A DNA stretch of 64,000 bases from Xanthobacteraceae bacterium (GCA_049796395.1 JBARER010000351.1:898-64897); one strand, 5' to 3'; positions 47,536 to 56,115 are shown, numbered from the stretch's first letter. Notes: generated by a model not told the origin, from the sequence alone. A program made the numbers and translations.

Positions 47536-47650
47536 TCCCGGACGCGATGCACACGAAAGCCGTGCACCGCCGATCCGGGATCGTCACAGACTGAGTTTCC
47601 AACGATCCCGGCTCTGCGGCGCAGCACTTTGTGCCGCGTCGCGCCCGGGA
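47536..47650. repeat. cluster of three GC-rich stem-loops (REP-like) between dctP and dctQ
   Basis: The middle hairpin is a perfect 10-bp stem, CCGGGATCGT...ACGATCCCGG (47575-47584 / 47601-47610). It is flanked by imperfect hairpins TCCCGGACGCGATGCAC...GTGCACCGCCGATCCGGGA and CGGCGCAGCAC-tttg-TGCCGCGTCG. The latter resembles a repeat family I recognise from Rhodopseudomonas/Bradyrhizobium intergenic DNA. Confidence 0.5.
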
Positions 47651-47672
47651 AGCAGAATCGGCGGGCAAGCTG

Positions 47673-48188
47673 ATGACCGATATCCTCAGGCGCGTCGCGA
47701 ACGCGCTCGTTGCCGTGCTTCGCGTTGCCGCCGGCACCATGCTGATGCTGAGCGTCGGCATCAACTTCGCCAACATCATCGGCCGCTATGTGTTCTCGGT
47801 TTCGTTGTATTGGGCCGAGGAGGCGATGCTGTTCTTGATGATCGGCTGCGTCTTCCTCGGCGCCAGCCAAGCCGGCTGGCTCGGCCGCCATATCCGCATG
47901 GACGTTGTCATCTCGCTCCTGCCGCCACGCGCGCGCAAGGTTTTCGATGTGCTCGCCGATCTCATCACCATCGCCACCTGCATCGCGGTCGCAGTGTTCG
48001 CCTGGCCGGTCATGACCATGTTCTACGAGCTCGATCAGCGCAGCGAGACCGCGAACATCCCCCTTGTCATTCCCCAGTCCGCCGTGCCGATCGGCGTGCT
48101 GCTGACGGCACTGCTGATCGCGGCGCGGCTCGTCACCGTCGGCTCCCGCCACGACGACATCGTCGCCAGCCGGGATCTCGAGCACTGA
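47673..48188 (+). CDS. TRAP transporter small permease (DctQ family)
   Basis: About 171 aa, 4 TM, placed between the DctP and DctM genes. ATG at 47673. Confidence 0.85.
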   Translation: MTDILRRVANALVAVLRVAAGTMLMLSVGINFANIIGRYVFSVSLYWAEEAMLFLMIGCVFLGASQAGWLGRHIRMDVVISLLPPRARKVFDVLADLITIATCIAVAVFAWPVMTMFYELDQRSETANIPLVIPQSAVPIGVLLTALLIAARLVTVGSRHDDIVASRDLEH

Positions 48189-48189
48189 A

Positions 48190-49467
48190 ATGTCGACCTT
48201 CGTCTATTTCATCCTGCCGCTGATTCTGCTGATGCTCGGCCTGCCGATCTTCGTCGTACTGCTGCTGACCTCATTCGCCGCGATCGTGTTCGTCGCCCAC
48301 GTGCCGACTGATGCCGTGCAGACCTATATGTTCGGCAGCCTCGACAATTTTCCGCTGTTGGCGGTGCCGTTCTTCGTGCTCGCCGGCGAAATCATGGGTA
48401 AGGGCGGCATCGCCGACCGCGTCGTCAACTGGGTGGTCTCGATCGTCGGCGGGGTGCGCGGTTCGCTGGCAGTGACTACCGTCGCCTCTTCCGAACTGTT
48501 CGGCGCGATGGCGCATACCTCGGTCGGCACCGTAGTCGCCATCGGCCGGCTGCTGTTCCCGTCCCTGACCAAGCACGGCTACAGCGAGCGTTTCGCCATC
48601 AGCCTGATCACCTCGTCGGGCGCGGTTGCGGTGATCATACCGCCGTCGATCGCGATGATCCTCTACGCCATGACCGCGGAAGTCTCAGCGATCAAGCTGT
48701 TCACCGCCGGCATTCTGCCCAGCCTTTTGATTGGCATCGTCGACGCCGTCTACGTCATGGTCTACGCCAAGGTCAAAATGGTGCCGCTGTCGGCGCCGGC
48801 GCGCTGGAAGAATATCTGGGCCTCGACCAAAGAAGCGAGTTGGGCGATCGGCACGCTGGCCGTGATTTTCGGCGGCATTTACGGCGGGGTCTTCACGCCG
48901 ACCGAGGCGGCCGGCGTCGCTGTCGTCTATTCGCTGTTCGTGGCAATGGTGGTCTACCGCACCATCGGCCTGACCGAGCTCTGGCAGATCATCGTCAGTT
49001 CTGTAGTGCTGATCGGCCAGATCCTGATCATCGTCACCTCGGCCGGGGTCTATTCCTGGCTAATGACCACGAGCGGCATTCCGCAACGCCTGATCCACGG
49101 CATCGAGGCGATGCACCTGCCGCATTGGCAGACGCTGCTCGCCGTCAACGCCGGCTTGCTCGTGGCCGGCAGCTTTCTCGAGCCGGCGCCGGCGATCCTG
49201 GTGCTGACGCCGCTCCTGCTGCCGATCGTGGAGGCGGCCGGCATCGATGCCATCCACTTCGGCATCATCATGGCCGTCAATCTGTCAATCGGCCTTTACA
49301 TGCCGCCGTTCGGGCTGAACCTGTTCGCCGCGCGCGCCGTCTTCAACGTGCCGATGGCCGTCATCTATCGCGGCGTGCTGCCGTTCGTGCTGCTCAATTT
49401 CCTGGCACTATTGGTCATCACCTACGTGCCGGCGATTTCGACCGTGCTGATCGGAGGCGGCCATTAG
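48190..49467 (+). CDS. TRAP transporter large permease (DctM family)
   Basis: 425 aa polytopic protein. It starts 1 nt after the dctQ stop and has DctM-type motifs (FPLLAVPFFVLAGEIMGKGG). Confidence 0.9.
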   Translation: MSTFVYFILPLILLMLGLPIFVVLLLTSFAAIVFVAHVPTDAVQTYMFGSLDNFPLLAVPFFVLAGEIMGKGGIADRVVNWVVSIVGGVRGSLAVTTVASSELFGAMAHTSVGTVVAIGRLLFPSLTKHGYSERFAISLITSSGAVAVIIPPSIAMILYAMTAEVSAIKLFTAGILPSLLIGIVDAVYVMVYAKVKMVPLSAPARWKNIWASTKEASWAIGTLAVIFGGIYGGVFTPTEAAGVAVVYSLFVAMVVYRTIGLTELWQIIVSSVVLIGQILIIVTSAGVYSWLMTTSGIPQRLIHGIEAMHLPHWQTLLAVNAGLLVAGSFLEPAPAILVLTPLLLPIVEAAGIDAIHFGIIMAVNLSIGLYMPPFGLNLFAARAVFNVPMAVIYRGVLPFVLLNFLALLVITYVPAISTVLIGGGH

Positions 49468-49622
49468 CAACGGCAAGCCGCGCCGGTGTTTCGACCAGAA
49501 GTTGCGGGCGCGGCTGACAATTGTTCCAACAATCGATCACAACTCATTGTGATGCCCCCGGCAAAACCCAAAGCCGAATCCATTCGTAGCTACGTTGTGC
49601 GGCGGCCCAAGCGACCCATCCG

Positions 49623-49892
49623 TTGCGCTCACACGGGCGGAACATCGGCGGTCCCACCGACCGACGTCCTACCTGGCCGCTACACCACCAGAAGCTCAAG
49701 GAGGATATCCGGGCCGATGGCGGCAAGGCCACGATCAATACGGTGGAAGGAGAGCCCTTGACCTTTACCGAGCACGACGGCCGCATCCGCATTACCGACG
49801 AGAAGGGCGATGTCGCCGAGATCACGCAAGGTAACGTCATGCAATCGAACGGCGTTATCCAGGTTATAAACTCGGTGCTGATGCCGAGCTAA
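49623..49892 (+). pseudogene. fasciclin (FAS1) domain remnant, C-terminal half only
   Basis: The translation ends ...ITQGNVMQSNGVIQVINSVLMPS, the typical FAS1 C-terminal motif (NGViHvIDxVLlP). There is no signal peptide and no N-terminal half. The frame is closed by a stop at 49587-49589. The only candidate start is a TTG. Confidence 0.4.
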
Positions 49893-49953
49893 CGTCTGCA
49901 ATGATCCGGAACCCGTCGCGCCACGGCGGGTTCCATCATCCTTTAGGACAGAC

Positions 49954-50820
49954 ATGAGCGACCTCGCGGCACCCGCCAACGAAACTGCCCTCGATGCCGC
50001 CGATCGGATCGCCGTCGTTTATCGGCACAGTGTGACGGTGCGCCTGACTCATTGGATCGGCGCTTTCTGCATGGCAATTCTGCTGATGAGCGGACTGCAA
50101 ATACTCAATGCCCACCCCGCACTTTATATCGGCCACGCCTCTGACTTTGCTCATCCGATCGCGTCGATCGGCACTGCTCAACAAGGCAGCCGGGAAATCG
50201 GCGTCACGACGATTTTCGGGCACAGGTTCGATACCACCGGCGCGCTAGGTCTTTCTGGGAAGTCCGATTCCGACGAGCAGGCGTTTCCCTCATGGATAAC
50301 GCTTCCGGGCTATCAAGACCTCGCCACAGGGCGGCGCTGGCACTTTTTCTTCGCTTGGCTGTTGGTTTTCGATGGCGCCCTTTATCTGCTTTACAGCTTC
50401 GTCAGCGGACATTTCTGGCGCGATTTGGTTCCATCCAGGCGGCAGTTGTGCCGCATCGGCCGGTCGATCCTCGATCATCTGCGATTTCGCTTTCCGCGCG
50501 GCGAGGGAGCCAAACGTTACAATGTCCTCCAACGGCTGGCTTATCTCGCGATCGTCGTTATCGTTCTGCCGCTCCTCATCCTCACCGGCTTGACGATGTC
50601 GCCCGGTCTCGACGCCGCATTTCCCTTTTTGACCGTTATTTTCGGCGGCCGGCAGACTGCCCGCACCATCCATTTCATCTGCGCATTTCTGGTCGTCGGC
50701 TTCGTCATTGTGCATGTCGCCATGGTGCTGGTGTCCGGTGTTTGGAACAACATGCGCTCGATGATCACCGGCTGGTATGCGATCGAACCGGAGAGTACCC
50801 TTCATGGCGAATCAGCTTGA
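49954..50820 (+). CDS. cytochrome b (b561 / Ni-Fe-hydrogenase b-type) membrane protein
   Basis: 288 aa with the RLTHWIGAFCMAILLMSGLQI motif and conserved His in the TM helices. It overlaps the downstream molybdoenzyme gene by 17 nt. Confidence 0.8.
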   Translation: MSDLAAPANETALDAADRIAVVYRHSVTVRLTHWIGAFCMAILLMSGLQILNAHPALYIGHASDFAHPIASIGTAQQGSREIGVTTIFGHRFDTTGALGLSGKSDSDEQAFPSWITLPGYQDLATGRRWHFFFAWLLVFDGALYLLYSFVSGHFWRDLVPSRRQLCRIGRSILDHLRFRFPRGEGAKRYNVLQRLAYLAIVVIVLPLLILTGLTMSPGLDAAFPFLTVIFGGRQTARTIHFICAFLVVGFVIVHVAMVLVSGVWNNMRSMITGWYAIEPESTLHGESA

Positions 50821-51580
50821 CCGCCGACGCCTGCTGTCGGGCGCCGCCGCGATATTCGGCACGCTGCCGCTCGCCGGCTGCAATCTCGGATCGCAGAACC
50901 CGACCGTCGATAAGATCTTGGACAGCGCCGAGGCGCTGACAGAACGCGCACAACGCGCGGTCTTGAGTCAGAAATCGATGGCACGCGAATACCCGGGGAC
51001 GGATATTTCGAAGCATTTTCGTGCCAATGGATCGATCGATCCCGACGATCCGGGCTATCAGGCGCAGGTCCAATCCGGCTTTAAGGACTGGCGCCTCGAA
51101 GTCGGCGGTCTTGTCGACAATCCGTTGACTCTATCGCTGGACGACTTGCGCGCGCTACCATCGCGCACGCAGATCACGCGTCACGACTGCGTCGAAGGCT
51201 GGAGCTGCATCGGCAAATGGACCGGCGTGCCGCTCGGCACGGTGCTCAACCGTGCCGGCCTCAAGCCGAACGCCAAATATATCGTGTTTTATTGCGCCGA
51301 CAGTCTCGGCCAATCGCTCGATCAATCGAACCAGTATTACGAAAGCATCGGTCTCCTTGACGCATTCCATCCGCAGACCATTCTTGCCTACGACATGAAC
51401 GGCGCACCGCTGATGGTTCCCTATGGCGCGCCGCTGCGCCTGCGCGTCGAACGACAGCTCGGCTACAAGATGGCTAAATACATCATGAAAATCGCGGCGG
51501 TCGAGAGCTTCGCGAATATAGCAGGTGGCCACGGCAGCTACTGGGCCGACCGCGGCTATGAATGGTACGCCGGTATTTGA
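50804..51580 (+). CDS. molybdopterin-dependent oxidoreductase (sulfite-oxidase/YedY-like catalytic domain), Tat-lipoprotein
   Basis: Tat-like RRRLL signal with lipobox LPLAGC. The oxidoreductase molybdopterin-binding pattern is present (TRHDCVEGWS..GKWTGVPL, GAPLRLRVERQLGYKMAKY). Confidence 0.85.
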   Translation: MANQLDRRRLLSGAAAIFGTLPLAGCNLGSQNPTVDKILDSAEALTERAQRAVLSQKSMAREYPGTDISKHFRANGSIDPDDPGYQAQVQSGFKDWRLEVGGLVDNPLTLSLDDLRALPSRTQITRHDCVEGWSCIGKWTGVPLGTVLNRAGLKPNAKYIVFYCADSLGQSLDQSNQYYESIGLLDAFHPQTILAYDMNGAPLMVPYGAPLRLRVERQLGYKMAKYIMKIAAVESFANIAGGHGSYWADRGYEWYAGI

Positions 51581-51625
51581 TCCGCGCGCGGCGCTTACGC
51601 GCCGCCGCCTCTTCGGCGATAGGCG

Positions 51626-51715
51626 TCAGATGACGTTTCTATTGAAATAAATCGAACCCCACAGCACCATGGCCCCGACCGCAGCCAGCGTAACAAGCGC
51701 CCCAACAACAATCAT
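51626..51715 (-). CDS. candidate 29-aa single-TM small membrane protein (below the ORF-track cutoff)
   Basis: The minus strand reads GAGGGAGAGAACGAA-ATG ATT GTT GTT GGG ... TGA, giving MIVVGALVTLAAVGAMVLWGSIYFNRNVI. GGAG lies 8 nt before the ATG and there is one hydrophobic helix. Third-position GC is lower than in neighbouring genes, so this is tentative. Confidence 0.35.
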   Translation of the reverse strand: MIVVGALVTLAAVGAMVLWGSIYFNRNVI

Positions 51716-51944
51716 TTCGTTCTCTCCCTCGATAAACGGTCCTCCTGGACTTCAGTTTTTTATTTTTGGTCGGCGGCTCTGCCCGCCGTAATTGCTTTTA
51801 GACAAGCCGATCCGCATCGGCCTTTCGAAAGGACCACAGCGTGACTCGGTGGTTGCAGTTTTCACCTCTTGCCGCGGCTTAGCAAGCCGGCAGGCGTGCG
51901 CTGCAACATAACCTACGATTTAAAGCGGCGCCGTGTGCGGCGAG

Positions 51945-52775
51945 TCACGCCGGCGCAAGCGCTGCCGCAGGAACGGCCAGCACTTGCGGTAACGGTGTCT
52001 GCAACGTCGCCGCAATAAAAGCGTCGACGTCGCGCAGCACCGGAACAAATTCGCGCAAGATCGGCGCGATCGCGGCAACGATAATAAAATGCCCGACGCG
52101 CCGGTAGCTCTTGACGGTGGCGGCGTTGCCGGCGGCGACCAGTCGCGCCGCGAGCCGGACGGAATTGCCGGGCTCCACCAGTCGGTCGCGGCCGCCGGTG
52201 ATCAGCAAGGACGGCGGCGCTCCCGGCGCCACATGGAAAATCGGCTGCGTCTCGGGCCGGTTGGCGCCGCCGAAAATCACTTTCAAGACTTCGTCGCGCA
52301 ACGGCAAGTAATCGTAAGGACCGGCAAGGCCGATCAGGCCGGCGATGTCGCGGCCAGGATCGAGCCCGACCTTTTGCAGCCAACGAGGATCGAGCGCGAG
52401 CATCGCCGCAATATGGGCGCCGGCCGAATGACCCTTCAGAAATATTTTGCCCGGATCGCCGCCGAAGCCGGCGATGTTATCCTTGACCCAGCGCACGACC
52501 TGCGCGCCGTCTTCCAAAAATTCCGGATAAAGCACTTCCGGATAGATACGATAGTCCGGCAGCACGGCGACATAGCCGCGGCGCGCCAGCGCCTTGGTGA
52601 CGTAGCGGTAAAGCTTCTTGTTGCCGGACCGCCAAGCCCCGCCATAAAAAAACACCACGACCGGTGCCGGGGCTGCACCGACCGGCCGGCAGATATCGAG
52701 CCGGTGCCGCGATTGTGCGGCGTAAGCAATCGATTGCGTAAGTTTAATGCCGAAGCCCATGCGACCGCCGAACAA
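51945..52775 (-). CDS. alpha/beta-hydrolase (esterase/lipase-type), cytoplasmic paralogue of 40571-41512
   Basis: Collinear with the lipoprotein hydrolase (VVVFFYGGAWRSG, GHSAGAHIAAMLALDPRWL, GPYDYLPLRD, RVGH) but with no signal peptide or lipobox. Confidence 0.85.
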   Translation of the reverse strand: MFGGRMGFGIKLTQSIAYAAQSRHRLDICRPVGAAPAPVVVFFYGGAWRSGNKKLYRYVTKALARRGYVAVLPDYRIYPEVLYPEFLEDGAQVVRWVKDNIAGFGGDPGKIFLKGHSAGAHIAAMLALDPRWLQKVGLDPGRDIAGLIGLAGPYDYLPLRDEVLKVIFGGANRPETQPIFHVAPGAPPSLLITGGRDRLVEPGNSVRLAARLVAAGNAATVKSYRRVGHFIIVAAIAPILREFVPVLRDVDAFIAATLQTPLPQVLAVPAAALAPA

Positions 52776-52894
52776 CCACGCGATGACGACGAATTAATGG
52801 CGGTTGCGCCTGACCCACTCGTCTTCGCCGATAATCTTATGTTAAATGCGCGGCGCGGACATCAATAGTGGAACGTCGATACCCTTTGGAGCGG

Positions 52895-53302
52895 ATGATG
52901 AGAGCTGCCCTCGCAGTCATTATACTGTGCCTGACGGGCTTGATCGCACACGCCGAGACCATAGAAATTACCGGCGATTACGGCGGCTTCCTGGTGGCCT
53001 ATGAAGCGAAATTCGCCAAGCTCGCCGACGAGCACGCCAATATCCGCATCGCCGGGCCTTGCGTGTCCGCCTGCACAGTTTTCGCCAAGTTCATTCCACG
53101 CGACGATATCTGCGTAACGCCCAAAGGCTCGCTTGGATTCCACCAGGCGATTCCACCGTTTGTGACGCCGACTTTGTGGAAGGATTACCCGCCGGACATT
53201 CAAACCTGGATCACGCAAAAAGGCGGCCTGACCCATTCGCTGTTGTGGCTGCAAGCGCCGGAAATCTACAAATTCTTCAAGAAATGCCCGCAGGAGAATT
53301 GA
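52895..53302 (+). CDS. hypothetical periplasmic protein (COG3904-like pattern)
   Basis: Signal peptide MMRAALAVIILCLTGLIAHA, then ITGDYGG...IRIAGPCVSACT. The start could be 52895, 52898, or the GTG at 52868. Confidence 0.55.
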   Translation: MMRAALAVIILCLTGLIAHAETIEITGDYGGFLVAYEAKFAKLADEHANIRIAGPCVSACTVFAKFIPRDDICVTPKGSLGFHQAIPPFVTPTLWKDYPPDIQTWITQKGGLTHSLLWLQAPEIYKFFKKCPQEN

Positions 53303-53449
53303 GGCGCGACCGCAATTCCCGGTCGTCCGCAGCCTGCCCGCTCATGATCCATCGCAGTTTTCGGAAAATTTTATCCAATCCAACGCGACAATTTTAGACA
53401 ATTTGCGCCACCATGGCGCGATCAATACTGCCAAGAGCGGCACCACACC

Positions 53450-53749
53450 ATGAGCAACGCCATGAACGATTTCTGGGATAATTGGCTCGAAGCCGTACGC
53501 TTCACCTGCGAAGCGCAAAGCGTGATTTCGGCGCGGATGATGCTCTTGGCTTCGACGGCGCCGGACACGGCGGTCGAGGAAACCGCGCGCATGGTGACCG
53601 AAAAATTTCTCGCCTTCGCCAAGGCGGGATTAGCGGCCGAGCACGCGCTGGAAGAGGGACTTGGCTTTTATGCCGCCGCCGAGCGCGCCTATGCGCCGCT
53701 GGCCGACTGCGTTCACGCCAATAGCGACCGGTTGATCCGCGCCGCCTGA
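53450..53749 (+). CDS. hypothetical small protein
   Basis: 99 aa with coding-like composition. It resembles a small alphaproteobacterial family I have seen mis-annotated as 'antifreeze protein' (…RMVTEK..AF...). No function is known. Confidence 0.5.
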   Translation: MSNAMNDFWDNWLEAVRFTCEAQSVISARMMLLASTAPDTAVEETARMVTEKFLAFAKAGLAAEHALEEGLGFYAAAERAYAPLADCVHANSDRLIRAA

Positions 53750-53771
53750 AGAAAAATCGCTAAAAGCGAAT

Positions 53772-53795
53772 GGGGACGGGATTGACCCCGTCCCC
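53772..53795. terminator. hairpin between convergent genes (probable bidirectional terminator)
   Basis: Perfect 9-bp stem GGGGACGGG / CCCGTCCCC with a 6-nt loop. On the minus strand it is followed by AUUCGCUUUUAGCGAUUUUU. Confidence 0.6.
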
Positions 53796-53875
53796 ACTGG
53801 ATCGACTGACGGTTGCCGGGAGACGACGGCAGCACCGCCGCTGGTCGATCACTTCCGGCTATTTGGCGCCATGCG

Positions 53876-55447
53876 TTATGCCTTGCCGAGCGGCAGCGCC
53901 ACGAAGCGCGTGCCGTCGGCCATCTTGACCCGCATCAGCACGTCGTGCTTGCCCTGCGCCTTGGCCTCGACGAGCGCCTGGACAACGTCGTGGGCATTGG
54001 CCACCGACTTGCCGCCGACATCGAGGATCACCGCGCCGGTTTGAAAGCCGGCTTCGGCTGCCGGGCCGTCGGGATCGACGCCCATGACGACGACGCCCTG
54101 ATCGCCGGCACCGGACACGTCCTTGGCCGGCGCCACCTTCAGGCCGAGATGCGGCACGCCGCTCGGCTCGGCATTCTGCCCAGTGTCGTTGCTGGCGACC
54201 TGTTCGTTGTTCGACATTTGCGCCAGCGTCACGGACACGGTCTGCGGTTGACCCTGGCGGATGATGTCGAGTTTCACCGCGGCGTCCGGCGCCATCATGC
54301 CGATGGTGCGGGCGAGCTCGCGGGCATCCTTCACCGGCGTGCCGTTGACCGCCGTGATCACGTCGCCGGACTGGATGCCGGCCTTGGCTGCCGGGCTGCC
54401 GCTCTGGGGCTCGTCGACCATGGCGCCCTCGGCCTTTTTCAGCCCGAGGCTATCGGCAATGCCGGTGGTCACCGGCTGGATCTGCACGCCGAGCCAGCCG
54501 CGAGTCACATGGCCGTCCTTCTTCAACTCCGCGACGACGCGCTTGGCCGTGGCGGCGGGGATATCGAAGCCGATGCCGACCGAACCGCCGGACGGTGAAT
54601 AGATGGCGGTGTTAATGCCGATGACGTTGCCGTCGACGTCGAAGGCCGGTCCGCCGGAATTGCCTTTGTTGATGGGCGCGTCGATCTGAATGTAATCGTC
54701 ATAGGGCCCCGAGCCGATATCGCGGCCCTCGGCCGAGACAATACCCGCTGTCACCGTGCCGCCGAGCCCGAACGGATTGCCCACCGCGACCACCCAATCT
54801 CCGACCTTGGGCCGTTGCGAGGCGAACTGCACGTAGGGGAAATCGCCTTTGCCGTCGACCTTGATCAGAGCGAGATCGGTCTTCGGATCGGTACCGACCA
54901 CCTTCGCCGTATGAATCGTGCCGTCGGCAGTCGTCACCTGCACCGATTTGGCATGATTGACAACGTGATTGTTGGTCACCGCGTAGCCGTCCGGCGAAAT
55001 GAAGAAGCCCGAGCCTTCGCCGATGATGGTCTCATGCGAATTGGGGGCGTTCATTTGCTGGCCGAATTGGTTGCCGAATTGCTGAAAGAACTTGTAAAGC
55101 GGCGAACCGGGCTCCGCCGGAATTTGCTGCTGGTCGTTGTCGCCGTTCAATTGCTCGGCCATCGCTGGATCGGCGGAGGCAGGGATTTTCACCCGCACGG
55201 AAATCACCGCGGGCTTTACCTTGGTGACCAGATCGGCGAAGCCTTGCGGATGGGCAATCGGGCCCTGCGCCACCGGCGCGGTTTCCGCGGCGTTGGCGGA
55301 CGGAGTTCCGAACGCGCCGTTCCAATAGCCGCCCGGTCCGGCGATCAACAGTGCGCCACCGACCGCGGCGACGGAGGCCAGAAGGACGAGACGGCGCCCT
55401 GACAGGGCTCTCACTTTTTCGGACTGAGGGGGATTTGTTTGGTTCAT
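53876..55447 (-). CDS. degP: Do/DegP/HtrA-family periplasmic serine endoprotease with two PDZ domains
   Basis: Signal/anchor, catalytic triad context (TNNHVV, DLALIK, GNSGGP), and two PDZ-like C-terminal segments. 523 aa. Confidence 0.9.
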   Translation of the reverse strand: MNQTNPPQSEKVRALSGRRLVLLASVAAVGGALLIAGPGGYWNGAFGTPSANAAETAPVAQGPIAHPQGFADLVTKVKPAVISVRVKIPASADPAMAEQLNGDNDQQQIPAEPGSPLYKFFQQFGNQFGQQMNAPNSHETIIGEGSGFFISPDGYAVTNNHVVNHAKSVQVTTADGTIHTAKVVGTDPKTDLALIKVDGKGDFPYVQFASQRPKVGDWVVAVGNPFGLGGTVTAGIVSAEGRDIGSGPYDDYIQIDAPINKGNSGGPAFDVDGNVIGINTAIYSPSGGSVGIGFDIPAATAKRVVAELKKDGHVTRGWLGVQIQPVTTGIADSLGLKKAEGAMVDEPQSGSPAAKAGIQSGDVITAVNGTPVKDARELARTIGMMAPDAAVKLDIIRQGQPQTVSVTLAQMSNNEQVASNDTGQNAEPSGVPHLGLKVAPAKDVSGAGDQGVVVMGVDPDGPAAEAGFQTGAVILDVGGKSVANAHDVVQALVEAKAQGKHDVLMRVKMADGTRFVALPLGKA

Positions 55448-55668
55448 GACGCGATCTCCTTTGCGAGCCCTCCAAAATGGGCCGTTTCATCTAGAACGCT
55501 TAAATGGCCAATCGCGCGTTACGGCGACCTGAAGGTGAGATTAATTCGAGGAAAGCTTGGTCGTTGTGCGATGTTCCGCCCGCCGCAGGCCGGTGCGGTG
55601 CGGAACGGGCGCGGCGCTCGGCGGTTGACAGATTGACGCAGGCGGACGCCGAATGAAGGATTTTGCCA

Positions 55669-56115
55669 ATGCAGCACAAACAAATCCACCGGAGCGACGA
55701 CGGACAGCGCACCTACGCGGTGGTGCTGGAAACTGGCGAAGAAGCCTTCCAATGCCTCAACCGCTTTGTCTCTGCGGAACGGATTGGCGCAGCGCAGCTC
55801 ACGGCCATCGGCGCATTCAGTGACCTCGTGCTGATGTATTTCGATTGGGAGAAGAAAGCCTATTCGCGCATTCCGGTGCGCGAGCAAGTCGAGGTCGCGT
55901 CGCTGATCGGCGACGTTGCAACCGGACCGGACGGCAAGCCGTCGCTGCACATCCATCTGGTCGTCGGCAAGCGCGACGGCAACGCCATGGCCGGCCACCT
56001 CGGCGAAGCCCACGTGCGGCCGACGCTGGAAGTCATTGTGACCGAAAATCCGGCTCATTTGCGGAAAGTGAAAGACGAAACCTCCGGGCTGCCGCTGATC
56101 CGTCCGGCCGCGTGA
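55669..56115 (+). CDS. PPC (DUF296) domain protein
   Basis: About 148 aa with the pattern YAVVLETGEE...AIGAFS...GDV......LHIHLV.G..DG...GHL, characteristic of PPC/DUF296. Confidence 0.7.
   Translation: MQHKQIHRSDDGQRTYAVVLETGEEAFQCLNRFVSAERIGAAQLTAIGAFSDLVLMYFDWEKKAYSRIPVREQVEVASLIGDVATGPDGKPSLHIHLVVGKRDGNAMAGHLGEAHVRPTLEVIVTENPAHLRKVKDETSGLPLIRPAA

Noticed and set aside
46326-48185. 619-aa minus-strand ORF across the TRAP transporter genes
   Set aside because: It is antisense to well-supported dctP/dctQ genes. Its Arg/Asp/His/Gly-rich composition and lack of any family motif mark it as a GC-rich shadow ORF.
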